Shown here: one piece after another, positions 26,083 to 36,009 of the stretch | Position numbering within the stretch: position 1 is the stretch's first letter | Layout: each line of letters begins with the position of its first letter | Source of the DNA: Gemmatimonadota bacterium | GTDB lineage: Bacteria; Gemmatimonadota; Gemmatimonadetes; Longimicrobiales; RSA9 | Reading direction: 5' to 3' | Assembly: GCA_040905425.1 (NCBI GenBank) | Contig: JBBDRO010000047.1 | Coordinates: 1-39,587, forward strand | Length of the DNA: 39,587 nucleotides | Position numbers and translations under genes: made by a program | Notes under the pieces: model-generated | What the model saw: the letters and a program-made list of their open reading frames with translations, nothing else | Told to the model about the DNA's origin: nothing | Database searches by the model: none

Positions 26083-27252
26083 CTACTTCAGGCTGGTCAG
26101 GTACGCCGCCACGGCCCGGATCTCCGCGTCGGAGAGGCCGGTGGCGGGGAAAGCTCCCCAGGGCCGCTCGGCACCGGGCATCTGCGCGCCGGCCTTGACG
26201 GCTACGGGATCCCTGATCCAGGCCTCCACGTTTTCCAGAGTGTTGGGCAGCGCGCCGGCGCCCACCGTGAGGCGGCGGCCGAAGAGCGTCAGGTTCGGCC
26301 CCAGCGGGCCGCTGGAGACGCCCTCGATGGTGTGGCACGCCACGCAGGTGCTGCTGCTGAAGACGCGCTTGCCCTCGAAGATGAGGGAGTCCGGGCGGCC
26401 GGCGGAGACCCGCTGGCCCGTGCCGGTGGGAACCGGCAGCGCACCCGGTGGCGGCGCCGGCGTGGCCGCCGTGTCACCCTCCAGGGGGAGCGGCTCGCGC
26501 GGCGGCGCCTTCATGTCCGCCACCCAGGCCTCGAAGGCGTCCGGCGCCACGGCCTCCACCTCGATGCGCATGATGGCGTGCGAGTCCCCGCAGAACTCGG
26601 CGCACTGGCCGGCGTAGCGGCCGGGCTCGCTGATGGTGAAGAGCAGGTGCGTGGAGTGCTGCGCCTCCCCTTCGGCCTGGCGCGGGCGGGGGTTCACGTC
26701 ACGCTTGCCGCCCAGCCGGGGCACCCAGAAGGAGTGGATGACGTCCGCCGAGTGCATCTGCAGGTGGATCTCCCGGCCCGTGGGCATGTAGGCCAGGTTG
26801 GCCGTCACCACGTCATACTCGGGGTAGCGGAACTCCCACCACCACTGGTGCCCGATGACCTCGATGGTGAGCGCGTCCTCCGAGGGCCGGCGCTGCGTCT
26901 CGAAGATGGCGCTGACCGTGGGCACCAGGATCATCACCACGATGATGGCGGGCACGATGGTCCAGGCAATCTCCAGCTTCACGTTGCCGTGCACCTGCTC
27001 CGGCTCGGGCGAGTCGGGCGTCTCCCGGAAGCGGATCGCCGCCACGATGATCAGGCTCAGGACCACCACCAGGATGCCCATGGTCCACCACACCGTGATG
27101 GCGAAGACCTCATTGATGAGGACGCCGAAGTCGGTGACCGGCTCGAAGGTGGTCTGCGGGTACTCGCCCGCGCAGGCCGCGAGCAGCAGCACGGCTGAAG
27201 CGCGCGCGGCCGCCAGGGGGGCGCGCACGAGCGCCTTCCTACTCCATCCCAT
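26083..27252 (-). CDS. ctaC: Cytochrome c oxidase subunit II with fused cytochrome c
   Basis: Lipobox LAAC, two TMs, HQWWW, DVIHSFW, CuA site CAEFCGDSHAIM, heme c motif CVACH and distal MP. Confidence 0.95.
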   Translation of the reverse strand: MGWSRKALVRAPLAAARASAVLLLAACAGEYPQTTFEPVTDFGVLINEVFAITVWWTMGILVVVLSLIIVAAIRFRETPDSPEPEQVHGNVKLEIAWTIVPAIIVVMILVPTVSAIFETQRRPSEDALTIEVIGHQWWWEFRYPEYDVVTANLAYMPTGREIHLQMHSADVIHSFWVPRLGGKRDVNPRPRQAEGEAQHSTHLLFTISEPGRYAGQCAEFCGDSHAIMRIEVEAVAPDAFEAWVADMKAPPREPLPLEGDTAATPAPPPGALPVPTGTGQRVSAGRPDSLIFEGKRVFSSSTCVACHTIEGVSSGPLGPNLTLFGRRLTVGAGALPNTLENVEAWIRDPVAVKAGAQMPGAERPWGAFPATGLSDAEIRAVAAYLTSLK

Positions 27253-27398
27253 CTCGATCGGGGTTCAGGGAACGAACCGGGCAATAGCCCCGAAGGCTAA
27301 TGCGGAGTCGGGGGGTGGTCAAGCACTACCGTCCGCTCTGGGACGATGTGTCTCAACCCGCATTGCACCGAGGTGCGGCGGGCCTCTATCGTGCCTGA

Positions 27399-28574
27399 AT
27401 GAACGAGCGTTGGGACGTGCTTGTACTGGGTGGCGGCGCGGCCGGATGCGCGGCCGCGCTGGCGGCGGCGGAGGCGGGCGCGCGCACCGCCCTGCTGCGC
27501 GCCGGGCCGGGCGCCAGCGCGCTCGGTTCGGGCGGCTGGCGCGGGCCGCTGGCCGGGACGCTACGCGATCGTCTGGCCGCGGCGGGCTACCCGCTGGAGG
27601 AAGCCGGCGGGCCGCTGCCCCACCCGCACGGTGACCTGCGCCATTATGAGCTGGCGGGTGCTTCCCACGCGGGCGCCTCACCGGTGGCGGGCACGCTCGT
27701 GGTGGGGATCGCCGGCATCGCCGGCTTCCACGCGCCCGCCCTGGCGCGGCTCTGGGGGGAGGCGGCCGGCGTGCCGCTGCGCGCGGCCGAGGTCACCCTG
27801 GGCGGCACGCCGGCGGCCGGCTGGTCCCCGGTGGCGCTGGCCGCGCTGCTTGACCGGGAGCCGGAGCGGCTGGGCCACGCCCTCCGCACGCTGGATGCAA
27901 GCGACGACGCATTCATCATCCTGCCCGCGGTCCTCGGGCTCGAGCGCCCGGAGGCCACCCGGGCCACGGTGGCCGAAGCGGCCGGGCGCCCCGTGCACGA
28001 GGCCCTCGGCACGCCACCCTCGCTGCCGGGCTGGCGGCTGGACCGCGCCCTCCTGGCCGCGCTGGCCAGCGCGGGCGTCACCGTGATCGAGGGGCGGGCG
28101 GAGCGCTGCCAGCTGGAGGACGGCCGGGCGCGTCGGGCGCTGCTCGTGCGCCGCAACGGCGGTGCGGACACCGACGCGCTCGAGGCGCACACGTTCGTGC
28201 TGGCCACGGGCAAGTTCCTGGGCGGCGGCGTGGTCGGCGGCGCGGTGGGCGGCGAGCACCTGCGCGACGCCGTCTTCGGGCTGCCCGCCACGGCCGAACG
28301 CTTCGGCGAGCGCATCCCGGAAGCCGAGCCGCTGGCCGTGACGGACGTGGACCGCACGGACGCGCAGCCGCTGCTGGCGGCGGGCGTGCGGCTGGACGCG
28401 GACGGCCGCCCGCTCGGCACCGAGGGCGTGGCCGGGGCCGCCAACGTGTGGGCCGCGGGCTCCGTGCGCGCGGGCGCCGAGACGGCGTGGCTGGGTCTGG
28501 GCCACGCGGCCGCCGAGGGTTGGCGGGCGGGCACGCGCGCAGCCGCGGCCGCCGCTCGGGGAGGCGCATCGTGA
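27399..28574 (+). CDS. FAD-binding oxidoreductase, GlpB-like (anaerobic glycerol-3-phosphate dehydrogenase subunit B family)
   Basis: DVLVLGGGAAG, GASALGSG, LPAVLG, PPSLPGWRL, VLATGKFLGGG and NVWAAGS motifs. Confidence 0.8.
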   Translation: MNERWDVLVLGGGAAGCAAALAAAEAGARTALLRAGPGASALGSGGWRGPLAGTLRDRLAAAGYPLEEAGGPLPHPHGDLRHYELAGASHAGASPVAGTLVVGIAGIAGFHAPALARLWGEAAGVPLRAAEVTLGGTPAAGWSPVALAALLDREPERLGHALRTLDASDDAFIILPAVLGLERPEATRATVAEAAGRPVHEALGTPPSLPGWRLDRALLAALASAGVTVIEGRAERCQLEDGRARRALLVRRNGGADTDALEAHTFVLATGKFLGGGVVGGAVGGEHLRDAVFGLPATAERFGERIPEAEPLAVTDVDRTDAQPLLAAGVRLDADGRPLGTEGVAGAANVWAAGSVRAGAETAWLGLGHAAAEGWRAGTRAAAAAARGGAS

Positions 28575-29005
28575 CCCGCTTCGTGGCGTGGCTCAACCTG
28601 GCCTGGCACTTCGCCATCCAGATCACCACCCGGCTGCCCATGAGACTCCTGGGCCGGGACCGCTCGGCGCGGCGCTTCCGGCACACCACCATGGCCGAAG
28701 GCTACCTGCCGCTCACGCCGGCGGAGCGCGCCCTCACGCCGGCCGCCATGGGCTGCATCCACTGCGGCCTCTGCTCGCTGGCGTGCCCGGTGCTGAGGGA
28801 GGCGCCGGCGAGCGCCTGGGACGAGGCGTGGAGCTTCGTGGCCGGCCCCTCCCGCTCCCTGGACGCCGCGCCGCTCGCGGCGCTCCAGGCCGGCGCCTGC
28901 GCCCACTGTGACGCCTGCGCGCGCGTCTGCCCCACCGACGTGCCGATCCCGGCGCTGGCGGCCTGGGTGGAGCGGATGGCGGAGGCGGCTGGATCCACCG
29001 GGTAG
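28571..29005 (+). CDS. 2x[4Fe-4S] dicluster protein
   Basis: GTGA-coupled start; CIHCGLCSLACP and CAHCDACARVCP. Confidence 0.85.
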   Translation: MTRFVAWLNLAWHFAIQITTRLPMRLLGRDRSARRFRHTTMAEGYLPLTPAERALTPAAMGCIHCGLCSLACPVLREAPASAWDEAWSFVAGPSRSLDAAPLAALQAGACAHCDACARVCPTDVPIPALAAWVERMAEAAGSTG

Positions 29006-29021
29006 GGCGGGAGGCGGCCGC

Positions 29022-29366
29022 TCAAAGATCCAGGACCAGCGTCAGGCCCGCGTCGATCTGCGCCATCACGCGCGGCGCGATGCGGCTCACCCGCTCCGTC
29101 AGAAAGGCGCGGTCGAGCGTCACGATCTGAGACACGTTGGCAACGCTGTCGCGCGGTAGCCCCGATGCGCTGCAGGAGAGGAGGACGTTGCCGGGAGCGT
29201 CCAGCAGCCTGAGGTTGGACGTCAGGATCACAGCCGCGACCGTGCGGATCCTGCTGCGATTGAAGGCGTCCGCCTGGACGATCAGCACCGGGCGGCGGCA
29301 GCCGGGCTCGGAGCCCCGCGGCTCATCGAGTTCGGCCCACCAGATTTCGCGGCGCTGTACTACCAC
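29022..29366 (-). CDS. mazF: MazF/PemK-family toxin
   Basis: QRREIWWAEL...GSEPGCRRPVLIVQADAFN...LTSN...GLPRDSVANVSQIVTLD. Confidence 0.93.
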   Translation of the reverse strand: MVVQRREIWWAELDEPRGSEPGCRRPVLIVQADAFNRSRIRTVAAVILTSNLRLLDAPGNVLLSCSASGLPRDSVANVSQIVTLDRAFLTERVSRIAPRVMAQIDAGLTLVLDL

Positions 29367-29596
29367 TCGCCGCCGCCGAGGGTGGCCGCCTGGGCGCTGC
29401 GCAGAGCGGGATCGAGCCCGCTCGGCTCCCCGGCGTACACATCGTTCAGCCGGGCCGTCACGTCGGCGTGGCGGTGCTTGGCCACGTACTCCGCCACGGC
29501 CATGGCATAGAGCCAGCTGCGCGAAACCTCGAGGCGCTCGGCCAGGGCATCGGCCGATTCGAACACGTCATCCGGAACGGAAACGGTGATCTTCAT
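29360..29596 (-). CDS. Ribbon-helix-helix antitoxin
   Basis: MKITVSVPDDVFESADALAERLEVSRSWLYAMAV is an RHH pattern; overlaps the mazF start. Confidence 0.88.
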   Translation of the reverse strand: MKITVSVPDDVFESADALAERLEVSRSWLYAMAVAEYVAKHRHADVTARLNDVYAGEPSGLDPALRSAQAATLGGGEW

Positions 29597-29621
29597 ACCT
29601 TTATCATACCATGGTCATACC
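29593..29621 (-). promoter_or_regulatory. mazEF operator/promoter: three TCATACC repeats at 11-bp spacing
   Basis: Repeats at 29593, 29604 and 29615; the minus strand reads TG-G-TATGAT (extended -10) 6 nt before the ATG. Confidence 0.7.
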
Positions 29622-29653
29622 GCCGAGGCAAGCACGCCGGGGAGCCCCAACCC

Positions 29654-30490
29654 ATGAACCGACGCCGCTTTCTCACCGTGGCCGGCACCGGCGCCGCCGT
29701 CACAGCGCTCACCGCTGGCGGCACGGCCTCCTACGCCCGCTGGGTAGCCCCCGAACGTGTGGTTTTCACGCGCCATCGTGTACGCCGCTTCGTGGAGGCG
29801 CCCGGCGCCACGCTCCGCTTTGCCCAGCTCTCCGACCTGCATCTGCGCGAGCCCGGCGCCATGCACGAGGCCATCGCGGCGGAGCTGGCGGAAGCCGAAC
29901 TGGATTTCCTGCTCGTCACCGGGGACGCGGTGGATGACAGCAATGCCCTGCCCGCCCTGGCGGACTTCCTGGCCATGCTCCCGCCCGTGCCGAAGTACGC
30001 CATCCTGGGCAACTGGGAGCACTGGGGGGAGGTGGGCCGGCGCGCGCTGGCCCGCACCTACGACCGCGCCGACGGCCGCCTGCTGGTCAACGACTCCACG
30101 GTCCACCGCGCCCGCGGCGCGAGCGTGCGCATCACCGGGCTGGATGACTTCGTGGCGGGCGAGCCCGACCTGGTGGAGGCGCTCGGGCCCAGCCGCATCC
30201 AGGAAGAGGGGCACATCCTCCTGGCGCACTGCCCGGCCCAGCGGGACGCCCTGGAGCTGGCCGGCACGAGCGTGGACTGCATCCTCTCGGGGCACACCCA
30301 CGGCGGTCAGATCCGGCTGCTCGGCTGGAGCCCCGCCCTGCCGCGGGGCAGCGGCGGTTATGTTTCCGGATGGTACCCGGAGGGCCCCGCGCCCATGTAT
30401 GTTTCGCGCGGGATCGGGACCTCGGTGATCCCCGCGCGCCTGGGCGCCCCGCCGGAGGTGGCGCTGTTCGAGTGGCCGGCGCGCACGTGA
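29654..30490 (+). CDS. Calcineurin-like metallophosphoesterase (YkuE/YaeI type) with Tat-like leader
   Basis: MNRRRFLTVAG leader; SDLH, TGD, GNWEH, LAH, SGHTHGGQ and YVSRGIG motifs. Confidence 0.88.
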   Translation: MNRRRFLTVAGTGAAVTALTAGGTASYARWVAPERVVFTRHRVRRFVEAPGATLRFAQLSDLHLREPGAMHEAIAAELAEAELDFLLVTGDAVDDSNALPALADFLAMLPPVPKYAILGNWEHWGEVGRRALARTYDRADGRLLVNDSTVHRARGASVRITGLDDFVAGEPDLVEALGPSRIQEEGHILLAHCPAQRDALELAGTSVDCILSGHTHGGQIRLLGWSPALPRGSGGYVSGWYPEGPAPMYVSRGIGTSVIPARLGAPPEVALFEWPART

Positions 30491-30567
30491 GTGTCCAGAT
30501 TAGACCCCGCTCGGGCGTTCGTCAGATGGGAGACAACACTCGTTTACACTCCGCCGCGGGAGGCCCG

Positions 30568-32055
30568 ATGACCACTTCGCTACCGTTCCGCTCGCTCCGC
30601 GCCGCACTGGTCCTCCTCTGCCTGACCCCCGTGGCCGCCGCGGCGCAGTCCATTGCCATCAAGACCGTGCCCATCCCGCACGGCGAGCAGTTCCTGCTCT
30701 TCCCCTCCGCCAACATGGGGGCGGGCGGCCTGCACATCGCGGCCAGCGACCGGCTGCTGGACCCCTTCATCAATCCGGCGCTCGGCGCGCGCACCGAAGG
30801 CACCTGGTTCTCCACCCACCCTACCTTCTACGGCTCCAATGACAACATGGTGGCGGGGCGCTCGCTGCCGCTCACGGTGATGGGCGGCGGCGAGCGCTGG
30901 TTCGGCGGCGTCATGGTGGCCATGCAGCAGGTGGAGGACCCCTCCCGCGACCGCTGGGGCTGGATCCCCAGGCCCGAACCGACCGATCAGGTGCTGCTGG
31001 GCAATGAGCCGAGCAACAGCTACTTCCACGGCTCCCTGGGCCGCCGTCTCGGAGGTGGCCGCACTGCCGTGGGCGCGAGCGTCTACTACGCCGACCTGGG
31101 AGCCGTGGACGGCGTGAACCGGCTTTACGCCCGCAGCGTGGGCATCGACCAGGCGGGCGACCTCTCGGAGGTGCGCCTGGGCCTGCTTCATGACCTCACC
31201 GGCGAGCGCACCCTGGAAGCCACCGTGTCCCGCAGCATGCTCGACATGAGCCACCACGTGCACTACCTGGACTGGGGCTGGGACGAGCCCACCGGCACGC
31301 CATGGACGCGCCAGTGGGAGGAGGACAACCGGGACCGCACCGAGACCTGGGGCACGCGGCTGCGCTACACCGCGCCGCTCCAGGGGGAGGACACGCGCTT
31401 CGGCGTGGTGCTCGCCGCCAACACCAAGGACCACCCCAAGATCCCCAACTACGAGGTGGTGAATATCCCGCGTGACCCCGGCAACTCCGCCGTCTTCGGC
31501 ATCGGCGCCGGCATCCAGAAGCAGGAAGGCAACAACACGCTCGGCGCCGAGGTGCTCCTCTCGCCCGGCAAGAGCCACACGTGGGCGTTTGCCGACACCA
31601 TCGTGGAGCTGCCGAGCGGCGCCAAGCTGCAGCCCGGGGACAAGACGGTGGACAACCGCTTCCGCTACGCCAACTGGTCCATGCGCGTGGGCTTCGACCA
31701 CGAGGCCGAGCGCTACGGCGCGCAGCTCGGGCTGGGCTTCACCAACTACTCCTACCGCCTCGAGCAGAAGAACTTCCTGCGCGAGACGGAGCGCAGCACC
31801 CGCGAGGGCTGGATGGAGTGGTCGCCGAGCTGGGGCGCCATGTACCGGATCGGCACATTCGAGCTGCGCTACAGCGGCCGCTTCGTGGCCAAGGGGTTCA
31901 CGGACGACGGCTGGTTCGTCACCAGGGCCGAGGGTGACGCCATCGCCGCGCCTGGCAGCATCGATTTCGTGGTGGCGCCCACGGACCCGGTGGACATGCC
32001 GGACTTCCGGGTGACCACGCATCGGTTCGGTGTGACCGTGCCACTGGGACGCTGA
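30568..32055 (+). CDS. Exported protein, probable outer-membrane beta-barrel of unknown function
   Basis: GGAGG then ATG 30568; AAA-Q signal; many alternating amphipathic strands rich in G, Y and W; terminal RFGVTVPL. Confidence 0.65.
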   Translation: MTTSLPFRSLRAALVLLCLTPVAAAAQSIAIKTVPIPHGEQFLLFPSANMGAGGLHIAASDRLLDPFINPALGARTEGTWFSTHPTFYGSNDNMVAGRSLPLTVMGGGERWFGGVMVAMQQVEDPSRDRWGWIPRPEPTDQVLLGNEPSNSYFHGSLGRRLGGGRTAVGASVYYADLGAVDGVNRLYARSVGIDQAGDLSEVRLGLLHDLTGERTLEATVSRSMLDMSHHVHYLDWGWDEPTGTPWTRQWEEDNRDRTETWGTRLRYTAPLQGEDTRFGVVLAANTKDHPKIPNYEVVNIPRDPGNSAVFGIGAGIQKQEGNNTLGAEVLLSPGKSHTWAFADTIVELPSGAKLQPGDKTVDNRFRYANWSMRVGFDHEAERYGAQLGLGFTNYSYRLEQKNFLRETERSTREGWMEWSPSWGAMYRIGTFELRYSGRFVAKGFTDDGWFVTRAEGDAIAAPGSIDFVVAPTDPVDMPDFRVTTHRFGVTVPLGR

Positions 32056-32062
32056 GGCTACC

Positions 32063-33289
32063 ATGCGCCGTGTTCTCTACCTTGCCACGCCCATCCTGCT
32101 CCTCTGGACGGCACCGCTCATGAGCCAGACCACAGGCGAGCGTCCCCGCGCCCGCGACGCGGGCGTCATCGTGGGCGTCTTCGAGCCCGGCCCGCTGAAC
32201 GCCATCACGGACGTGGCCGGCGTGCGCGTGGGGCAGACCACCGTGGTGGACGAGGCGGCGGGCGTGCGCACCGGCATCACGGCCATCCTGCCCCACGCGG
32301 GCAACGCCTACCAGAGCCGCGTCCCGGCCGCCATGGTGCTCGGCAACGGCTTCGGCAAGCTGCTCGGCATCAGCCAGGTCATGGAGCTGGGGGAGCTGGA
32401 GACGCCCGTGCTGCTCACCTGCACGCTGTGCGTGTGGCGCGCCGCCGACGCCATGGTGGGATGGCTGCTGGAGCAGCCGGACATGGGCAACGTGCGCTCC
32501 ATCAACCCCGTGGTGGGGGAGACCAACGACGGCTCGCTCAACGACATCCGCGCCCGCCCCATCCAGCCGGCCCACGTGGTGGCGGCGCTCGAGGGAGCCG
32601 GCGGCGGCGCGGTGGAGGAGGGCGCGGTGGGCGCCGGCGCGGGGACCGTCGCTTTCGGCTGGAAGGGCGGCATCGGCACCAGCTCGCGGCTGCTCCGCGA
32701 GGAGTACGGCGGCTACACGGTGGGCGTGCTGGTGCAGAGCAATTACGGCGGCGTGCTCACCATCAACGGCGCACCGGTGGGCCAGGAGCTGGGCCGCTAC
32801 TCGTTCCAGCCGCGCGGCAACGACGCCATGCCGCAGGGCAATGGCGGCGACTCGTGGGACGCGCGCCCCGTGGGCATGGACGCCGAGGGCTTCACGCCCG
32901 ACGGCAGCATCATGATCGTGGTGGCCACGGACGCGCCGCTGGACAGCCGCAACCTGGAGCGCCTGGCGCAGCGCGCCCTCTTCGGCCTGGCACGCACCGG
33001 CGCCACGAGCAGCAACGGCAGCGGCGACTATGTCATAGCCTTCAGCACCGCGGCTGAGGTGCGCCGCGAGGGCGGCCGCGGCCCGCGCCAGATCACCGAG
33101 CTCCCCAACGACGCCATGAGCCCCCTCTTCCAGGCCGTGGCCGAGGCCACCGAGGAGGCCATCTACAACTCCTTGTTCCGGGCGGTGGACGTGACCAGCG
33201 GCGGGCGGACGGTGCGCGCGCTGCCGCTGGATGAGGTGCTGGAGGTGCTGCGGAAATACAATGCCCTGGGGCCGGTGGGCGGTCTGTAA
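32063..33289 (+). CDS. dmpA: DmpA/P1-family (S58) aminopeptidase
   Basis: GPLNAITDVAGVRVG, VGETNDG, GAVGAGAGT, GWKGGIGTSSR, DG/SI cleavage site and GSGDYVIAFST. Confidence 0.9.
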   Translation: MRRVLYLATPILLLWTAPLMSQTTGERPRARDAGVIVGVFEPGPLNAITDVAGVRVGQTTVVDEAAGVRTGITAILPHAGNAYQSRVPAAMVLGNGFGKLLGISQVMELGELETPVLLTCTLCVWRAADAMVGWLLEQPDMGNVRSINPVVGETNDGSLNDIRARPIQPAHVVAALEGAGGGAVEEGAVGAGAGTVAFGWKGGIGTSSRLLREEYGGYTVGVLVQSNYGGVLTINGAPVGQELGRYSFQPRGNDAMPQGNGGDSWDARPVGMDAEGFTPDGSIMIVVATDAPLDSRNLERLAQRALFGLARTGATSSNGSGDYVIAFSTAAEVRREGGRGPRQITELPNDAMSPLFQAVAEATEEAIYNSLFRAVDVTSGGRTVRALPLDEVLEVLRKYNALGPVGGL

Positions 33290-33295
33290 GCGACG

Positions 33296-33991
33296 ATGCT
33301 TTTCACAATCCGGCGCTCTTCCATCATCACCGCCTGCGCCTTGCTCGTGGCGGGCGGAGCGGGCGCGGTCGTCGGCGCCTCCGGCGCCGTCCGGCAGGGG
33401 CAGGCCGCCGCCGCCGAGCTGCCGGCGGACAGCACGCTCTTTGCCGCGGTGGCCCACTTCCTGGAGGAGGACCCCGGTGGCCGGCCGTTACGGGTGGATC
33501 CCCGGCCGCTCCGGCCGGACCCGGCGCTGGTGAGCGTCCACGAGGGGTTGGACGCGGCCACCGCCGGGCGGGTGGTCCCGGCAACGGCCGAGCAGCCCTT
33601 TGCGGAAGTGGAGCCGGTCATTCTGGAGCACCGGCTCGATCTGCTCCGGCGCCTGGCCGTGGACACCGCCCGGCTGGAGGCCCACCGCGCCTGTCCCGGC
33701 GTCCTCGTCCCCCCCTCGCCGGAGGTGCCGGAGCGGCGGCAGCGCAACTGCCCCGCCGAACCGTACCGATTGGCGCTCCTGGCCCTCCCCCGCGAGGGCG
33801 CCCCCTACTGGCCCGGCAACGTGGACGAGCGGCCAAGCTACGCCGGCGTGCAGGTGGTCTCCGTGCGGTCCATCGTACGCAGCCTCGGACCCGAAGGCGC
33901 CAGCGAATCGGCCACGGACTATCTGTTTGCCTTCACGTCGCCGGACGAGGTGCGGTTCGTGAAGCTGCGGGCGCTGGGGGTGGTGGATTGA
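33296..33991 (+). CDS. Hypothetical exported protein
   Basis: Hydrophobic N-terminus; operon-like spacing between dmpA and the next gene; host-like codon usage; no family recognised. Confidence 0.65.
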   Translation: MLFTIRRSSIITACALLVAGGAGAVVGASGAVRQGQAAAAELPADSTLFAAVAHFLEEDPGGRPLRVDPRPLRPDPALVSVHEGLDAATAGRVVPATAEQPFAEVEPVILEHRLDLLRRLAVDTARLEAHRACPGVLVPPSPEVPERRQRNCPAEPYRLALLALPREGAPYWPGNVDERPSYAGVQVVSVRSIVRSLGPEGASESATDYLFAFTSPDEVRFVKLRALGVVD

Positions 33992-35220
33992 GGCGGCCAT
34001 CAGGCCGCGTGCCGCAGTATTGGTTCACGCTCAGCGTTGTCATCCTCACCGCGGCATGCGGCGCCGGTGACCATGCGCCGGACACCAGCTATGGCGTGAC
34101 CACCCGCGACAGCGCCGGCATCACCATCGTCACCAGCTCGCGCGCGGCCACCGAAAGCCCGCTGGCATGGCGCGTACCATCTGAGCCGCGGGTGACGCTC
34201 GGAGCCGACCCCACGGATCCAGCGGGCCAGTTCCACCGTATCCGCGGAGCAGCCGTTCTAGCCGACGGCACGCTAGCCGTGCTGGACGGCGCCACCCTCG
34301 AGCTCCGTCTCTTCAACCCGGACGGCACCCACCGCCGCACCGTCGGCGGTGCCGGCGACGGTCCCGGCGAATTCCGCCAGCCCCACCTCGTGCCAGGGCG
34401 CGGCAGCGACGCGGTGGTGATCTACGACCGTCAACGGGCCCGCCTGACTGCTGTAGCCGCCGACGGCCAGGTAATGGCCGTCCGCACCGTCGACCTCCCG
34501 CCGAGAGAGCGGAACGCCGAGCTCCTGGGGCTTCTGCCCGATGGCAAGTTGGTCTTCCGGCGGACCGTGGGCTACGTGGGGCTGCCGGTCGGCGTGTGGG
34601 AGGCGGAGAGCGTGGCCTTCGTCCTGGTAGATTCGGCGGGAAGAGCGCACACCGTGGCCAGCCCGGTGGGCCGGCGGATGTACTACACCGAGCACGACGA
34701 GCTGGGCCAGCAAGGGATGCTCGACGTTCCTTTCGACATAGAACCCGCCGCTGCCGCCTCGGCCCGGGGGCTCTTCCTTACGATGGACGAGCGCGCCGAC
34801 GTCCACGCCTATGACGCCACCGGGACACTCCGCAGGATTCTACGCCTGTCCATCCCGCCGCGGGTGCGCACTCCGGAGCTGGTAGCCGAGTACTACAGAC
34901 TCTACACACCCAAAGGGATCACGCCGTGGTACCGTGAGCAACAGAGCCGCATCCCCGCCCCGGAAGTCCTCCCCCTCATCGACCGCCTGGTGGTGGACGA
35001 CCTGGGACTGCTCTGGGCCCGCCGCTATGACGTGGATCCGGCCGACCAGGGGCTGTGGTTCGTCTTCGACCCCGAGGGCGCATGCCAGGGCACCGTCCGC
35101 CTCCCGGCCCACCTCGAGGTAGAGCAGATCGGCGCCGACTTCGTGCTGGGGATCCGGAGGGATGCTTTCGACGTGGAACAGGTGGACCTGTACGATCTGC
35201 AGCGGGAACCCGCTATCTGA
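33988..35220 (+). CDS. Six-bladed beta-propeller lipoprotein
   Basis: LTAAC lipobox, TRDSAGITIV, VGGAGDGPGEF, LVVDDLGLLW and terminal DAFDVEQVDLY motifs. Confidence 0.85.
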   Translation: MRRPSGRVPQYWFTLSVVILTAACGAGDHAPDTSYGVTTRDSAGITIVTSSRAATESPLAWRVPSEPRVTLGADPTDPAGQFHRIRGAAVLADGTLAVLDGATLELRLFNPDGTHRRTVGGAGDGPGEFRQPHLVPGRGSDAVVIYDRQRARLTAVAADGQVMAVRTVDLPPRERNAELLGLLPDGKLVFRRTVGYVGLPVGVWEAESVAFVLVDSAGRAHTVASPVGRRMYYTEHDELGQQGMLDVPFDIEPAAAASARGLFLTMDERADVHAYDATGTLRRILRLSIPPRVRTPELVAEYYRLYTPKGITPWYREQQSRIPAPEVLPLIDRLVVDDLGLLWARRYDVDPADQGLWFVFDPEGACQGTVRLPAHLEVEQIGADFVLGIRRDAFDVEQVDLYDLQREPAI

Positions 35221-35287
35221 CGTGCGTGCTGCGGCGAATCGTTCTGGCGGTAACGTCCATGGCTGGTCGGGTCAGTCCTGCCGAAAA

Positions 35288-35734
35288 CTAACTTGCCCCA
35301 TTCCAGCTTTCATATGACACAGGTACGTACTTGCTGAGGCTCTCGTAATCGGCTGAGTTCGCGGTTAGTAGTGTGGCGCCACTCTCTCGACACGAAGCCG
35401 CGAGGAGGAAGTCATTCACAAGCGACTTCGGTATGCTTCGCAGTTCACGCTTCTCCTTCTTCGCGAACTGAGAAACGGCTATTCCCGCCAGTCGCCAGGC
35501 GTCATGACTTGGCGTGATTATGCGTCCCACTCTACGCAGCGGGCCCGCAATCCGATCCTCAATCTCGCGCGCCTTGGCTTGCGTGTTGGCGCCGACAAGG
35601 AGCTCATGCAGAACGATCGAGCTAAGATACGTGTTGGGCGTGAACACGAGCAGATACTGTTGGAGGGCGTCGGCACCCTGGCGTGACCGAAATGCTCGAA
35701 TGTACAGATTGGTATCGAGAACGTACTTCTTCAC
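35288..35734 (-). CDS. vapC: PIN-domain toxin (VapC family)
   Basis: YVLDTNLYI, SSIVLHELLVG, NDFLLAAS and LLTANSADY motifs. Confidence 0.9.
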   Translation of the reverse strand: MKKYVLDTNLYIRAFRSRQGADALQQYLLVFTPNTYLSSIVLHELLVGANTQAKAREIEDRIAGPLRRVGRIITPSHDAWRLAGIAVSQFAKKEKRELRSIPKSLVNDFLLAASCRESGATLLTANSADYESLSKYVPVSYESWNGAS

Positions 35735-35976
35735 GGCTCGACATCGTCCTCGAAGACGTTATCGATGCCACCAGTCCCGGCGATCTGCTCGATTCCGTTG
35801 ATGAGTTCCTCGCGCAGGAGCAGCATGCTCAGCGCTTGATCGACGGCCTCGGTTTCCGACGAAGCTGCAAGCAACTTCCGAACACGATCGAGCTTGGCCT
35901 GATCGATGTTGATATTCTTGCGACGGATCCGCGCTTCAGCACTTTTCCGCGACGGTCTTCCGGTGGTCTTAGCCAC
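35731..35976 (-). CDS. VapB-like antitoxin
   Basis: GTG 35976 after GGGAGA; RKNINIDQAKLDRVRKLL...ETEAVDQAL RHH-like pattern; acidic tail; GTGA overlap with vapC. Confidence 0.82.
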   Translation of the reverse strand: MAKTTGRPSRKSAEARIRRKNINIDQAKLDRVRKLLAASSETEAVDQALSMLLLREELINGIEQIAGTGGIDNVFEDDVEP

Positions 35977-36009
35977 GAGCGTCTCCCAGGTGATCTGTAC
36001 CCAACCCAA

